DNA of 64,000 nucleotides from Nageia nagi (lineage: Eukaryota > Plantae > Pinophyta): the NCBI GenBank assembly GCA_050084985.1, contig JBITNC010000001.1, positions 18,352,001 to 18,416,000 on the forward strand, given 5' to 3'. The notes under the pieces were generated by a model that was given only the letters and a program-made list of their open reading frames with translations, made no database searches and was not told where the DNA came from. Position 1 is the stretch's first letter; each line of letters opens with the position of its first letter. Both the position numbers and the translations under genes were made by a program. Below are positions 13,355-27,180 of the stretch, piece after piece.

Positions 13355-16078
13355 TTGCTACACAAGAATGTGAAATAATAAGCATATGGTTCAATAAACA
13401 ACATTATATGTTTAAATTTTAACCAAGTAAGTAAGACATGTTTCATTTAATTAACTAAGACATGCTTGATTTGATTCACTAGTGCAAATGATTTACAACT
13501 CAAATAATAACCCAAATATATTTCTCACCTCAAGAACTGTAGATGTAAAGTGACATTGTTGAAGCTTATTTTCTTGTCTAAAATTAGACCTTCACCTTGA
13601 TGCTCACACAAGAGGAGCCCAAGTACTACCAATCCTCAACCAGTTCACCTTGGTCAATTTTATACTCTCATAAGGAAAAGTACTTACTATTTTTTAAGGT
13701 TATGACATTTATTGGATCGACCAAATTATTAATCTTGATTAAGTTTTAAGTTGTCCTCCTAGGTTATCAGGATAATCCCTGATGGTATCATTACACACAT
13801 GCTTGTTTACCTATTGGAGTTATGTCTAGACCAATAGAGGACTTAGGAGCAATTGAGAAGTATGAAATTTTCACCATTTGGATCATCGAACTTAAAGGCT
13901 CCAGTTTGCCTATCCTCACTTCATGGCTCCCCAAAAAAATCATATTGCAAAATGTACGTGCGGATGTGTTCATTTTAGGGGGTTACTTGTATCAATGTTT
14001 GCATTTTTGTTTGCATAAGCAAATAAAGCAAAAAATAAAATATGAAGTAAAGAGCATAAATAAAACATCATTCATTTAAAATTTAAAACTTAAGTGTCCA
14101 ATGGGTTTTGTTTACCAAGCCCTAAAGGACACCTTTACATCATTCCTAATTTTGCACAAGTCCATTCTTGCATAAGAAGTAGATTGCATCATAACTTAAG
14201 ATTTTAAGCATGCTTTATTTGACTTAAAAAAATCAAGTATCTAACTTAAGTTTTAGGTCCTTAAGCATTTATCACTAAAAATTAAGTTCTAAACAAGTAT
14301 TAGGCATGCATAAAATTTAAGTACTATGCATGCATTTATTAACTTAACAAATAAGTTTTTTTTTTTCAAATGCATTATTATCTTAAAAAATTAAGTACTA
14401 AGCATGCATTTATTAATTTAACAAATAAGTATTAAGCATAAGCATGCAACTTTTAAAGTAAAAAAATAAGTATGCATACTAGATAAAAAATTAAGTAAGA
14501 AATTTATACAAATTCCCTTCTTTTTACTTAAAGATTTATCCTTAAAAGTAGCATGCTTAACTTTCTTTAGAAATGTCAAGTTTATACCAATGTAAGTACT
14601 TGAAGGATTTAAAAAAAAAAGTTGCAAAAAAATCTCTCTTAATGCTTAAGAGATAATAAAAAATAGCCTCCTCTTTGGCAATTGAAGCACTAATAGATCT
14701 TACAAAAAAAAAAAAAATTATCCCTTTCCATGTTAAAGGGGACTAAAAATTGCAAGTTGACCAAAGAAAAATACTTCTATGTATTTACAAAATAAATACC
14801 CTTCCTTAAAAAAAAACATTAACAAAAAAATGCAATGTAGTTAATGCATCAAGAAGCCTTCTACGCCACTCAAGAAATCAAGTCATCATTCAACTTTAAC
14901 TCTAACTCTACTCCAAGTCAGAGTGAGTTAAAGAGAATGGACAATAATTATGAGTTATACTTATGAAACAAGTAAAATAAGCTTTAAATTCTGTAGAGTT
15001 TTAAATGCAAACAAAAAATACTCCATGCCACTCCAAAGAAGACTTGCAAGCATTAAATGCCCAACAACAACAATCATTAAAATAAATGGAAGAGATAAAG
15101 TTTAAAGAGACCAAGAAGGTGATTTTTTTTTAAAAAAAGGTATACATAGCAAGGGAGATGAGAGGAGGGAGGAGGAACGTGGGGAGCTGGGAGAGGCCAC
15201 GATAGGGTAGAGGAGGCCGCAAGGAGGTGGAAGAGGTTGTAGCAAGGTAAAAGAGGTTGCATGGAGGTGGGAGAGGTTAAGGGCCTAGCAAAGGGTGAGG
15301 GCCAGGCAGTGGAGCAAAGGATGGGGGATGCTCAATCAGCTATGAGGGTCACAAGGAGGATGGTCAGGAGATGCAAGCAGAGGGGTCACGATGGGAGGCT
15401 AGATACTGGTGCAAGTGGAGGCTACATAGGGCAGTGAGGGACCATCTCGTTTGTCTATAGATTTAATCCTTATAGAGGTTTTGGATCTCTTACAAATTTA
15501 ATTGCTACACATGTTTAGAATAAAAAAAAGTGTCAACACAATATGTTAAGTGTAACTCTCCCCTATTTAATGTTGAACACAAAAAAAATGTAGTAAAGTG
15601 TAGCTACTTTTTAAGTTTTTTTTTGGATAGTATCAAAATAGTTGAAGTAAATACTTGTAAAATACAAGTATTTTGATAAGGGAACTAAGATAGGAAAAAC
15701 TCTAATATATAAATTTTTTTAAAAAATTGCATATAATTTTTGAAGGAAAAAAAATGTAGTATATTTTTACTTAAATACATAATAAAATCTTCAAAAAAAA
15801 GGATATGAAAAATTATAGCATTAGGTAATCTTAAACAATTGCAACTAACAATAAGATATGTTAGTATACAAAAAAATTACAACAAAATAGATTGCTATTT
15901 TAAGCAAATTTTGTTATAAACAAGGACTATCACAACACAAGATATGTTAGTAACATAATGCAATAATCCATAAGATAACAAAAAAAAAGAGGTAAATTAT
16001 ACCTTATCTTAGTTTTACCTCACCAATGGGGATCACCAAGATGTAGATTCCACACCAAGAATAAGACCTTTCACACTT

Positions 16079-16090
16079 TCTCTGATACCA
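16079..16090 (-). promoter_or_regulatory. tRNA-iMet PBS of element B
   Basis: Reverse complement reads TGGTATCAGAGA, 2 nt from the LTR end. Confidence 0.85.
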
Positions 16091-16092
16091 AA

Positions 16093-16593
16093 TGAGAGAA
16101 TTGAACTATAACATGAATAACTCTAAACTCCCAAGATCACAAGAAAGCTCACAATACACATCTAACAAAATCACAAAGCAATCTCACAAAGATAACACAA
16201 GATGTAAGTGGTTCCTCCAACTAGAAGTACATCCACTAACTAGATCTTTTCTTCAATCGCAAATACAACTCTCTTACAATCCTCCTAATCTAAACTCCTA
16301 AACACTATCATCTAGCACAAATTTACTCCACAAATTGGTGTGTGATCACAAAGAGGAAGCCTTCTATTTATAGAAAAAAATCCCTCTTTGGATCACCCTT
16401 TTATCTAATGTATAAAAGCATGACATGCACATCCTTTTACCTAAGGGGCATGCTCATGACATGGAGTGTAGGACAAGTTACTTTATCATTTTCACTTAAA
16501 TACTTAAGGTATCAAATGATACCCTTAAGTGTTAGTGAATTTACAAAGAGGATTAATACAAACCTTTACAATAATGCATTATACATTCCAACA
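16093..16593 (-). mobile_element. 5' LTR of copia element B
   Basis: TGTTGGAA...TCTCA on the minus strand, adjacent PBS, highly similar to 20394-20891. Confidence 0.88.
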
Positions 16594-18541
16594 AAACTTC
16601 GTATGAGACATGGATAGGATAGAAACCTAACATCTCTCACTTTAAGGTCTTTGGTTGTGATGTTTATGCCTTTGTTTTTCCTGATAAGAGGAAGAAGCTT
16701 GATAAGAGATCTACAAAGTGTATCTTTATGGGCTATGAAAATCAACATAGAGGTTATAGGCTATACCAACCTTCTTCTCGTGCAGTCTTTGTGTCAAGGG
16801 ATGTAAAGTTCAATGAACTACCTAAAGATTTTGTTTCTTATGAGAACCTTGATGAGGGTGATGAATTCCTCTATTACTCCTAACTGGTTGGATGTTAGTG
16901 TGAATTTATCACCTAAGGAACAAAACTCTCCAACACAAAGGATAACAAGGAGTATAACCATTAATAAATATTTATTTACCAAAATTGATCATAAGAATGA
17001 GCCCTCATCCTATAAAAAAGCTTCAAAGCACAAGTGTTGGATGAATACAATGAATATGGAGTATGAGACTCTAATGAAGAATCAAACTTGGGATTTGATT
17101 CCTTATCCTAATGAATGTAATGTGATTGGAAATAAATGGATTTATAAGGTCAAATATAACTCAGTTGGAGAGATTGATAAATACAAAGCAAAGTTAGTAG
17201 CTAAGGGTTTCACTCAAAAATATGGAGTTGATTATGAGGAAACCTTTGCTCCAGTGGCAAATATGCCTACTATCAGAGTAATCCTTACTTTTTTAGCATC
17301 TTAAGAATGGAAATTTTTTCAAATTGATGTCAAGAATGCTTTTCTCAATGGTGAATTAAATGTGGAAATCTACATGAATCAACCAGAAGGGTTTGTTGCT
17401 AAAGGCAAAGAATCTTTTGTGTGCAAGTTAAAGAAGTTTTTGTATGGACTTAAGCAAGCACCAAAGGCCTGGTACAAAAAAGATTTTAAGATACTTTGAG
17501 GACATTGGATTTTTTAAATGATTCTCTAATTCAGATCTTTATATGCTCAACCAAGGATAAGACTTAATCTTGATTCTTCTCTACGTGGATGATATGTTGA
17601 TTATAAGGAATAATATAGTCCTCATACAAGACTACATATCCAAAATTAAGGTAACTTTAGAAATGATTGATATTAGTCTATTGCACTACTACCTTGGTAT
17701 GTAAGTGTACCAATACAAATATTGTACTTACCTCAGTTAATCAAAATATATCTCAAATATCTTGCAAAATTTTGGAATGGAGTGCAAGCATGCTGCAATC
17801 CCAGTCTCTCCTGGAATCACTTTGTCTCTTAGTTCCAACTCTTAGTTGGCAGATGCTACGACTTATAGATAACTAATTGGTAGTCTTATTTATTTAACTA
17901 TCTCCAAGCTAGATATTACCTTTACTATGAATTTGATGGCTCTCTTTATGCAAAAGCCATATGTTGAGCACTTGAATGCTATTAAGCAAATTTTGAGGTA
18001 TGTAATAGGCACTAAGGATCTTGCTCTTAAGTGTGACAAGTTGCCCTTATTTGTTCTCTCAAGATTCTCAGATTCTGACTATGGAGGAGGTAGAGATGAT
18101 AGGAAATCAATCTCTTCTTATGTATTTAGCATTGGTTCAGGTGTTATCTCTTAGGCTTCCAAGAAGAAACTTACTACTGCTCTTTCCACCACTAAGGTTG
18201 AATATTGTGCAATGTCAGTTGCAACCCAGGAAGCCATTTGGTTGAGGCATATTCTAAAAGAAATAGGGTATGAACAAGTTCATCCATATTAAATTTTTTT
18301 AGATAATCAATAATCAGCTATTGCTTTGGTAAAGAATCTTATTTTCCATCAAATAACAAAGCATGTAGAAATCCAAGCCCACTTCATTAGAGAGAAGGTT
18401 TTGGATGGTCTTCTACACTTGCAATATTGTCAATCATTCCTAAACTCTATTGATTTGTTCACCAAGCCCTTTCCTAAAGATCAATTTTGTAAGCTTAGGG
18501 AGCCTATTGGGTTGGTAAAGTTGCCCTCAAAAAGGGAGTAA
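16594..18541 (+). mobile_element. Copia element C pol 3' half (integrase C-terminus, RT, RNase H), decayed
   Basis: KPNISHFKVFGC; NQTWDL..GNKWIYKVK..KYKAKLVAKGFTQKYGVDYEETFAPVA; [11 protein letters not shown]; LYVDDML; SDSDYGG..DRKS; KHVEIQAHFIREKV. Confidence 0.93.
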
Positions 18542-19562
18542 ATGTTGAATTCTTGTTGAATCCATTGTAATTTCTTCCATCTTAATAAAATTGTTGAGCT
18601 TGTATTTAGTTTTTATACTTTGTTATACATTTCTTTGTTTGGTAACTATAAGTATGGTCTTATCATATTAGTTATGACTTATAGTGTACCTTAAATCCAA
18701 GCACATTATATCAAGGAGAAAGTTCTTGATGCAATAACTACATCTCTATTCATCTGCCTTTGTCTCTCTTGATTTATTCACTAGCCGCTTTAGAAACTTT
18801 GTTGTGCACACTTTAAAAGTTTCTTATGGTAGTGAAGTTGTCCTCAAGGGAGATTCAAGATTGAATTCATGTTTGTGATGATAACTTTATCCCTAGGAGG
18901 CTCTTTTTTGTTATATAGTGTTGATCTAAACGTACATATTTATGGTTAGTTCGCTTTGTGTGAGGAACTCATGGTACATTTTATTTTGTTATCACTATGA
19001 GAGGAATCAGTATATGTTTGTTAGCACTATTTGGTTATCCATATGTGAGTAGCTTATGTACATGAATATACTTTTTTTTTGTTGATCAACACATGTTTCT
19101 ATATACAACAAAAGATTATAAGTATTGGCTTGGCATCTTCGTGATGACTTATAGTGCATCATTGATCAGTTTATGGATGACATTACTTAGTTTATTTATA
19201 TTGTGATTGATATGAATATTATATGATGCATCTAACTGATCTTGTTTATGAGCTGCTTGTAGCTTGTAGGTTTCATCTTGATAGTGAAGGTTACTTACTT
19301 CATGTGGGTAGGCTCATGGAGGCTCATATGTCAACTCAGTGTTGATCAACTACACTTACAATGAAACCAGTTGTGGTTAATGGTTGTATTGTAAACCATT
19401 TTGTTAAATGGTATTGTAATGAGTCTCAAATGAATATCTTGCTTATTTCTCAATGATTTAAAATTTTTCATCTTTGTTTATATCTCTTTGGAGGAGAACT
19501 CTCTCTTACTCTATCTTTCTTCTTCTCTCTACGCTCTATCCCAATATTAAATTAAGGAGGAG

Positions 19563-20037
19563 TGTTAGAATTTGTAATGTAATATTGTGTAATATTTTTC
19601 CTTAATGTAAACTCACTTAATACTTAAAGTATCATTAGATACCTTAAAGTATTAAAGGAATAAAAATAGGAGAAGGATTAAAAATAGACATGAGTTTAAA
19701 AATAGGTAAAGAATTAAAAATAGAAAAGGGATTAATTATAGAGTGGATTTCTTCTTATCAAAAGAGAAGAACCCTCCCCTTCTCTAGTTACACAATTATA
19801 ATGCAAGCTTTGCTATAGGTTTAGAGTATGAGAGAGAGAAGAGATTTTGTAAAAGAGGTTCTTGAGAATAAGAAGATCTTATTTAGTATACATACTCCCA
19901 AATAGGGAGGAACCACTTATATCTTGTGTTATTTGTGTGATTAGCTTTAGTTATTATGCTATTATGTTAATGTTGAAAGTGCCTTTTTGAGATCTTGGGA
20001 GCTAGAAGTTAATTCATAAAGGGTTAATTTATTCACA
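19563..20037 (+). mobile_element. 3' LTR of copia element C, preceded by PPT
   Basis: PPT aaggaggag (19554-19562), then TGTTAGAA...TTCACA; contains the family motif gaggaaccact. Confidence 0.75.
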
Positions 20038-20393
20038 TACATGTGCCTATATCCTATTTTTATTTCCATAGAAGGCCTTTTGATTCCCATAATCAATGTT
20101 TGAGATCTCCAAGTACATAAAACAACACTAAATTATGCTAGCCTACTCTTAGGAGGAAGACATACCACTTGGGGCTCATAGTGGTATCCAATAGACCATT
20201 ATTATTTCTATCCCAAGTACTAATAACAAATACATAAATAAATAAATAAATATTTATAAGGGGGAATCCATAGGATTCCATAATTAATTATCTTTTACAA
20301 GAGAGGGTGTTACATTCCTCTTGCAATGATCTTTCATATTGATGCACTATTTTACTTAGTGGTTATGGAATTTAGATGCTATGACCAACGTAT

Positions 20394-20891
20394 TGTTGGA
20401 ATTTATAATGCATTATTGTAAAGTTTTGTATTAATATTCTTTGTAAATTCACTAATACTTAAGGGTATCATTAGATACCTTAGGTATTTAAGTGAATATG
20501 ATAATGTAACTTGTCCTACACTCCATGTCATGAGCATGCCCCTTCGATAAAAGGATGTGCATGTCATGCTTTTGTACATCGGATAAAAGAGTGATCCAAA
20601 AAGGAATTTTGGCCTATAAATAGAAGGTTCTCTCTTTGTGATCACACACCAATTTGTGGAGTAAACTTATGCTATAGGATAGTGTTTAGCAGAAAAGTGT
20701 AGGAGGATTGTAAGAGTTCATATTTGTTAAGAAGAGAGATCTAGTTAGTGGATGTACTCCTAGTTGGAGGAACCACTTACATCTTGTGTTATCTTTATGA
20801 GATTGCTTTGTGAGTTTGTTAGATGTGTATTTTGAGATTTCATGTGATCTTGGAAGTTTAGAGTTGTTCTTGTTATAGTTCAATTCTCTCA
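20394..20891 (+). mobile_element. Solo LTR of the element-B family
   Basis: Inverted near-copy of 16093-16593; no PBS or PPT; degenerate flanks cgtat/cataa. Confidence 0.8.
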
Positions 20892-21775
20892 CATAATAAT
20901 CATACAATGGAATAATGATATAATATTATTGATGAAAGTGAAGATACAAATTCAACAAGAGTTACAATGAAATGGTAAGAAACTCTCATCATGATGATAG
21001 CAATGGAATTGGTTATTCCATGAAGAGCACCACCACTTGTTCAAATTAATGACCAATCTAACAAAACCACTATCATAACCTCACAAAGAGAGCCTTCTTA
21101 CAACAAAACTCTAACCTTCTCTTCACTTGGATAATCACAAAAATAATATAACACTTTGATACACTTATGATTCTTAATTTATGACACTAAAAATCAAGAC
21201 TCATCACACATAAATAATCTTCTTCACAACTCACTCACAAAGTCCAAACATCTTTCTAACTTAACTTGACTTCCACTAGACTTACCTTCTCTTGGCTTGT
21301 ACTTGACTCCTACTATACTTGACTTCTCTTAGCTTGCACTTGACTTCCATAATACTTTCCTTCACTTGACTTATGCTTGAATTCCTCTAGAATTTCCTTA
21401 CATGCCCATGTTACTTCTCTATTTAAAGGATAAATAAGGTATCTAGGTTTTTCTACAACTTAAATTTTAAAATGCATTATATCTCCATCTCTAGAAATAT
21501 CAAAATGATTTTTATAAATATCCATGAGATGCCATATGGATCTTTTGCCACATAATCCTTTTCTAGAAACCCCTTTTAAATATTAAAAACTATTTACATA
21601 TCATCTAATGTCCTTATGCCACATAATCCTATGGATAATTCTAGAATATATATCTTCTAGATATTACCCATGGATATTTCTTCCACTTACCATTACTTAC
21701 TTTCACCATTAACCTTTTACCATTTACAATTTACCATTTACCATTTACTATTTTATTATTTATTAGATTTCACCA
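20892..21775 (-). mobile_element. Old LTR-like sequence with short internal tandem repeats
   Basis: Repeated cttgactt units (21260-21380), ttaccat runs (21690-21750) and a minus-strand TATA-like tttaaatag. Termini uncertain. Confidence 0.35.
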
Positions 21776-23099
21776 GCTTAAATCGCCCATAGTACACTTG
21801 TACTACTAATCATTGTTATATCTCTATCTCTTTATTTTGGTTATGATGTTATTCCATTTTTGTTTTCGTATCTTATTGAGGGGTGTTATTAACTTGCATA
21901 ATAAGTTTCTTGCTATGCATTATTACCGATTGTGACACATACCAATTACATAGAGTACTATATATTATTGGAAAAATTTAATGATGATAGGAGCATGTTA
22001 GAGGAGTTAATGGGTAGAGGTAGTTGAAAACTTTTTAATAGTGGGAGGCCCAAGTTCAAATCCCATTCCTTCTAACAAGTAGCTCATAGCTCAAATCTTG
22101 CCAATTGATATGGTAGGTGTAGACAAGATTGGGCATGAGCATTAAGTGAATTTGACTAAATAGATGCCCCTCGGTCATGGAAATTAAGCTAAAGAAAATA
22201 CTATAAAAAGGATATTTAAAAAAAAACTTTGATACATGTAAAATAACTAAAAAGGAAAATATTTGTTGCTTTGAATTATGCATTGAGAATAGTACATCCT
22301 AATGAGGGTGAATCCATCTAAATTATGTGTTAGGTTTTTCAAATGCCTATCCTATGCATTATTTTTGTATGCTAATATCAATATAAAGATGTTACATGTA
22401 TGGTATTTGGTAAGGCATGATGAATTACAAGTGCAAAATTTCTTGTATCATAGATTAATGATTATGTTGAATAGCTTTTCGAAACATGTATTTTTTAAAA
22501 ACTCTAACACTAGGTAGCTTTGACCTTGTGCATTTAGGTAGGCATATACTTTTATAATTTTTCTTCTCCTCATTACTAATTATTTAATTCAATTTTAAGA
22601 TCCCATATAATCTCAACTAGGAATATATATCTTTAAACAAGTGATCATTTGTAGAAACAATTAAGGTTGATGATAGGAAAGAGAACCACAAAGAATTTCA
22701 AGTTTAAAAAATGGTACAAGAATCTGATAAAAAATAGAAGTAGAAGCAAATCAAATTTGAAGAACCAGATAGTTCCCTCAATTACACTTGATTCTTATCC
22801 TTGAAATAATATAGCAATTAATATATGAAGATATAGTATATAAATCCACCTCTACTGTAATATGCAAATTTGTGGAGTTGAGACCTTCTTACTAGTTTTT
22901 GTACTATTAGGCAAGGAAACATTGGGATCCATAAGGAGAAGTTGATATATTATTTCTACCCAATAAATATTTTTTAGCAAAATTCATATTAATTTTAGAA
23001 AAAAAAAGGCATTAATCCAAATATACTTTTATTACAAGAAGCCAAAACCTCTTTGGAGGTAATACAAAGCATTTACAAAAGATGCTTGGGATAAGGAGA

Positions 23100-26000
23100 T
23101 TTCGTGGCTCAAGCTTCTCAAGGCCTTTCAAAAGAAATAATCACATTATGAAATAAAAATTTATATCAAATGTTGGACTCAAGTTCAATAAAAGAGATTC
23201 TTGTGATTAGACTCAAGGAAAGTGACTCAAGTACAATATGGCTAATAATATTTTTTTACGAAATGAAGAAAGTGAGAGGTTAGAAAATACAAAAGAAACT
23301 AATCCAACATATTGGAGAATCATATGTAAAAGATATTTAGCTAGTGGGGGAGATTTAAATGTTAAAATATCAATGCAGGATCAAGAAGGAGGGTTGATTC
23401 AACTAAATGAGAAATAAATATAGGTTTTTATTGTCTTAGTTAGCATATTTGGATTTGATAGACATACCTCCACTAGGATGTAACAACACTTGGATTAATA
23501 AAAGAAAAGAAGAAGACACCGTCAAATCCATGTTAGATAGATTTATTATAGGGGAAAGAGTCTCCACTTTATAGCAATGTCAATCCCATATCCTAAATCA
23601 ATTGGCTTTTGATCATTTTTTCAGTAATGACCCACATAGGGAAAAGGTATCAATCTAAAAATTATCATTTAAGATTTGAGAACTTATGGTTTGGAAATAA
23701 AACAAACTAGAACTAATGAGGTAGACCATCATATGGGACATCACAAGTTCAGGTCCACTCCAAACTCAAATTTATCAAAAGTAAATTGAAAACTTAGAGC
23801 AAACTTAACAAGTTAGATTTTCAACAACAAAAAATAACTCTTTCATTGCAGGTGCAAAAGATAGCAAAATAAATTCAATTTGATCCTATCTCTAAATAAA
23901 TTCATTAAGAAAGTTGGTTGTTGCAAGAGGAATAGAAACTATATAAGAAATAAGAGGTATACTAAAGACAACAAGCATGAATTACCTTATGTTGGAGGGA
24001 GATAACAACACAATATTCTTTCATTAGTTGATAACAACCTAAAATCATCATAATAGGATTGATACTCTAGTCACATAGGAAAGAAACATGGAGTCCACTA
24101 CCTCAGGTATGTAAGAAGTAGCTAATAAATATTTTACATCATTATTTACTACAAATACCCACATGTCCATTTAACACCATGAGGAAATTCTAGTAAGCAT
24201 CTTGATGTTATTATCATTAAAATATAATGAGGAGCTCTTAAAAGAAATAAGGGAGGAGAAAGTCAAATAAATATTTGTTATGTAGATAGGGAATGTTCTA
24301 AATCAAAATGATTTTCTAGTAGAGTTTTTAAAAATATTTTAGGATATGCTAGAAAAGGATTTAACCCAAGCAATAGAGGAAGTTAGAAGTAGTGCAAGAA
24401 TCTTGAAGAAATTCAATCACACTTTTCTAGATCTGATTCCTAAGGGAGGTGAAATGGAACATCTATCACAATATAGATCAATTGCACTATGCAATGTAGT
24501 ATATAAGATAATAGCTAAGTTGCTAGTAAATATGCTAAAAAATATCTTAATTGAGTTAATCTCACCAGAGCAAGGGGGTGCAAGAATGATAAATTTTAGA
24601 TAGGATTATAGTGGCACAAGAAGCTATGCACAAGTTTGGTCAAAATGGGAAGAGTAGAATGTTTCCAAAGCTTGATTTATCCAAATTTTATGATAAAGTA
24701 AGTTGGTAATTTCTTTTGAAAATCCTAAAGAAATTAAGTTTTAGAGAGGAATGGATAAATTTGATTATGAAGTGCATATCTATAGTCTCTTTCTCTATAC
24801 TCATTAAGGGTAAATCCTCCCAACTCTTCAAAGCCTTTAGAGGAATTAGACAAGGGGATTCTTTATCCACATGTATACATGTTCATCATTTATAAATAGG
24901 AACATCATGTTAAATAATCTTTAATTTGTAAATGACACAAGAATATAGAGGGAGGCTTCAATAATAAAAGAAATAAATATTAGAGTAGTGTTGGATGATA
25001 TTATTGTAGTAATAAGATAATTACTAAATGGAATAAATCAAAAGTAATTTTTTTTCAACGTAACCAAAAGATAAAGAGAAAAAATAGTCCATATTCTTAG
25101 ATTTTCATAAGCATCCCTCCCATTAAAATACTTAGGTATCCTCCTAATAGAGAAAGGGCTCAAAAATAAGAATTGATTCCCAATAAAAGATAAAATTTAC
25201 TCAAAACTCTCTTTCTGGTCTTACAAGTGGCTAAGCTTTGGGGGAAGAGTAACCCCTTTGAAATCAATACTAATACAAGCTATTCCAATGTAGAAATTTT
25301 TCATCCTAGTAGTACCAAACAATATCCTTAAAGACTTGGATAAAATGACGAGACACTATTTTTTTCTAGAACACAAGATCTAAAAAATAATGCTCTAGTT
25401 AGTTGGAATAAGGTCTATCAATTGAAGGAAGAATGAAGGATTTGAATTCAAGTAGCATTAACAAACAACCAAAGTCTCACAAGCAAATTATACTAGAGAT
25501 GGATAACTAATCATGATAAACTCTGATGTTGGGTCTTGAAAGCTAGATATTACCCCTCATGAAATGTAGCATAGATTTCATGCCTTCATGTAATATGATA
25601 AGATTATGAGATATGGAAAATAATAGAGGGCTACAACACTTATAAAAGGACTATATTGGAGAATACGAGTTGGTAAGAAGGATCGAATTTGGGATGACTC
25701 TTGGAAATAACTCTCACCCATAATTAACCATCACCCTCACTTAATTCCTCTTAGTGAACACTTTCAAATAAAAGGTTGGTTTCTCATTTATCATTACTTC
25801 AAACCACCAGATCAATTGCAAGAGAATTTTAGATGAAAGGCTAGAGAATGAATGGGTGGAGGAAAAAAGGAACTAAAAGAAATCCTATATTGAAGGAAAT
25901 AACCAAGACCTAATAGGCTTAATCAACTAGCTTGGGGACATGGCCAACTTGGTACTTATACAATAAAGGAAGGTCGTAGGAGAATAATGCACATATCTCA

Positions 26001-26520
26001 AAACTCTTTACACCTTCCTTGGGTAAATATATGGCAACCTAAAGGATGGTCAAATATAAATTGCTTCTTGTGACTAGCTACGTGTTAAAAAATTATGACT
26101 TAGGATAACTTGAGGGGATATAGTTTTGTTTGACCAAACCGATGTGTAATGTGCCATCAAGAGGAGGAAACAATGAATCATCTCCTTTTTGAATTATCCT
26201 ATGCTCGTACAATATGGATCTAGCGGTATAGAAGTTTCTTCTAGGTAAAGGGGTCATTTCCTACTCATGATTCCCTATGAGACTATCAAACAATAAACAA
26301 GTTAAATATAAAATCTTGGAGACAACTTGAGATTTGGATATAGATTTCATCTGATATATTTGGTTAGAAAGAAATAACATGATTTTTAAATAAGATTTTA
26401 GACCATAGGAAAGGACTTAGGGAATTTTGGTGAGAAAGTTAGTAGAAACTCGCCATGCTAAAATTCTAAAGTACTCGTAGATGGAAGAGGATGAAATAGA
26501 ATTATAAGCTTAATTTCAAA
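23100..26520 (+). mobile_element. Decayed L1-clade LINE ORF2 (endonuclease, RT, zf-RVT)
   Basis: GGDLN (~23346), LDRF (~23533), NHTFLDLIPK..YRSIALCNVVYKIIAK (24346-24603), KLDLSK, RGIRQGDSLS, KYLGIPL, CVMC..EETMNHLLF. Confidence 0.88.
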
Positions 26521-26689
26521 AACAAGTGAATATTACAAAATAAGAACATGAAAGTAAAGAGAGAGAGGGGTTTTTGGAAATCTAAGATGAAGGTTACATA
26601 TACAAAGAGACTATTTTATCTCTAGATATCAATTCATATAGAAACTAGAACAAAGTTGAACTGCATTTTAAACCTTATCAAATAAGAAT

Positions 26690-27180
26690 AGTTTAAACGT
26701 AAATTACAACACATTTGTCAATGAACGATGCATACCAACTTTGGTGGAGGATGGCTCCAAGACATGACTTAACGTTGATTGCTGCCTAAAAAACATCAAT
26801 GAATTAAAGCCTCAAACGCAAGCATGATTCACCCACAATTGGACGACAACCCAAAATCCTGGATGAAACTAATACGTTTTGAATGTAAATGTTTGTTGAA
26901 GATTTCTTCCCTTCCCTCAACATCGTAGCCAAAATCCTGCGATAAACACAATGAAAGGAAAATGCGTAAAACAAAATGGTTCGGTTTCTCCACAACTCCA
27001 TCTTAATCCTACCCATCTCAATCATCTCAATAATGAATCGCCACATATTGATTGGTATACTGATTATTCTATTTTTCCGAAACAAAATATATGTTGTTCA
27101 TGACATGGAAGAAGAGGAAAGTCATAATCAGAAACACCCAGAAGGCTTGAAGTCAGGCAAAATTCTTCTCAGCTATTGAG
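26690..27180 (+). promoter_or_regulatory. Putative promoter and 5'UTR exon of the kinase gene
   Basis: CpG retention starts abruptly. Donor GAG|GTACTG at 27181 is followed by T-rich intron-like sequence. The ankyrin exon at 46463 has an acceptor 12 nt upstream of its ATG and so needs an upstream exon. Confidence 0.5.

Noticed and set aside
16092-16617. Duplicated small protein genes (ORFs matching 20403-20907)
   Set aside because: Chance ORFs in two copies of the same LTR.
22010-22095. tRNA or tRNA-derived SINE (GTTCAAATCCC, TAGCTCAA)
   Set aside because: The B-box-like motif precedes the A-box-like motif and no cloverleaf forms; at most a decayed remnant.
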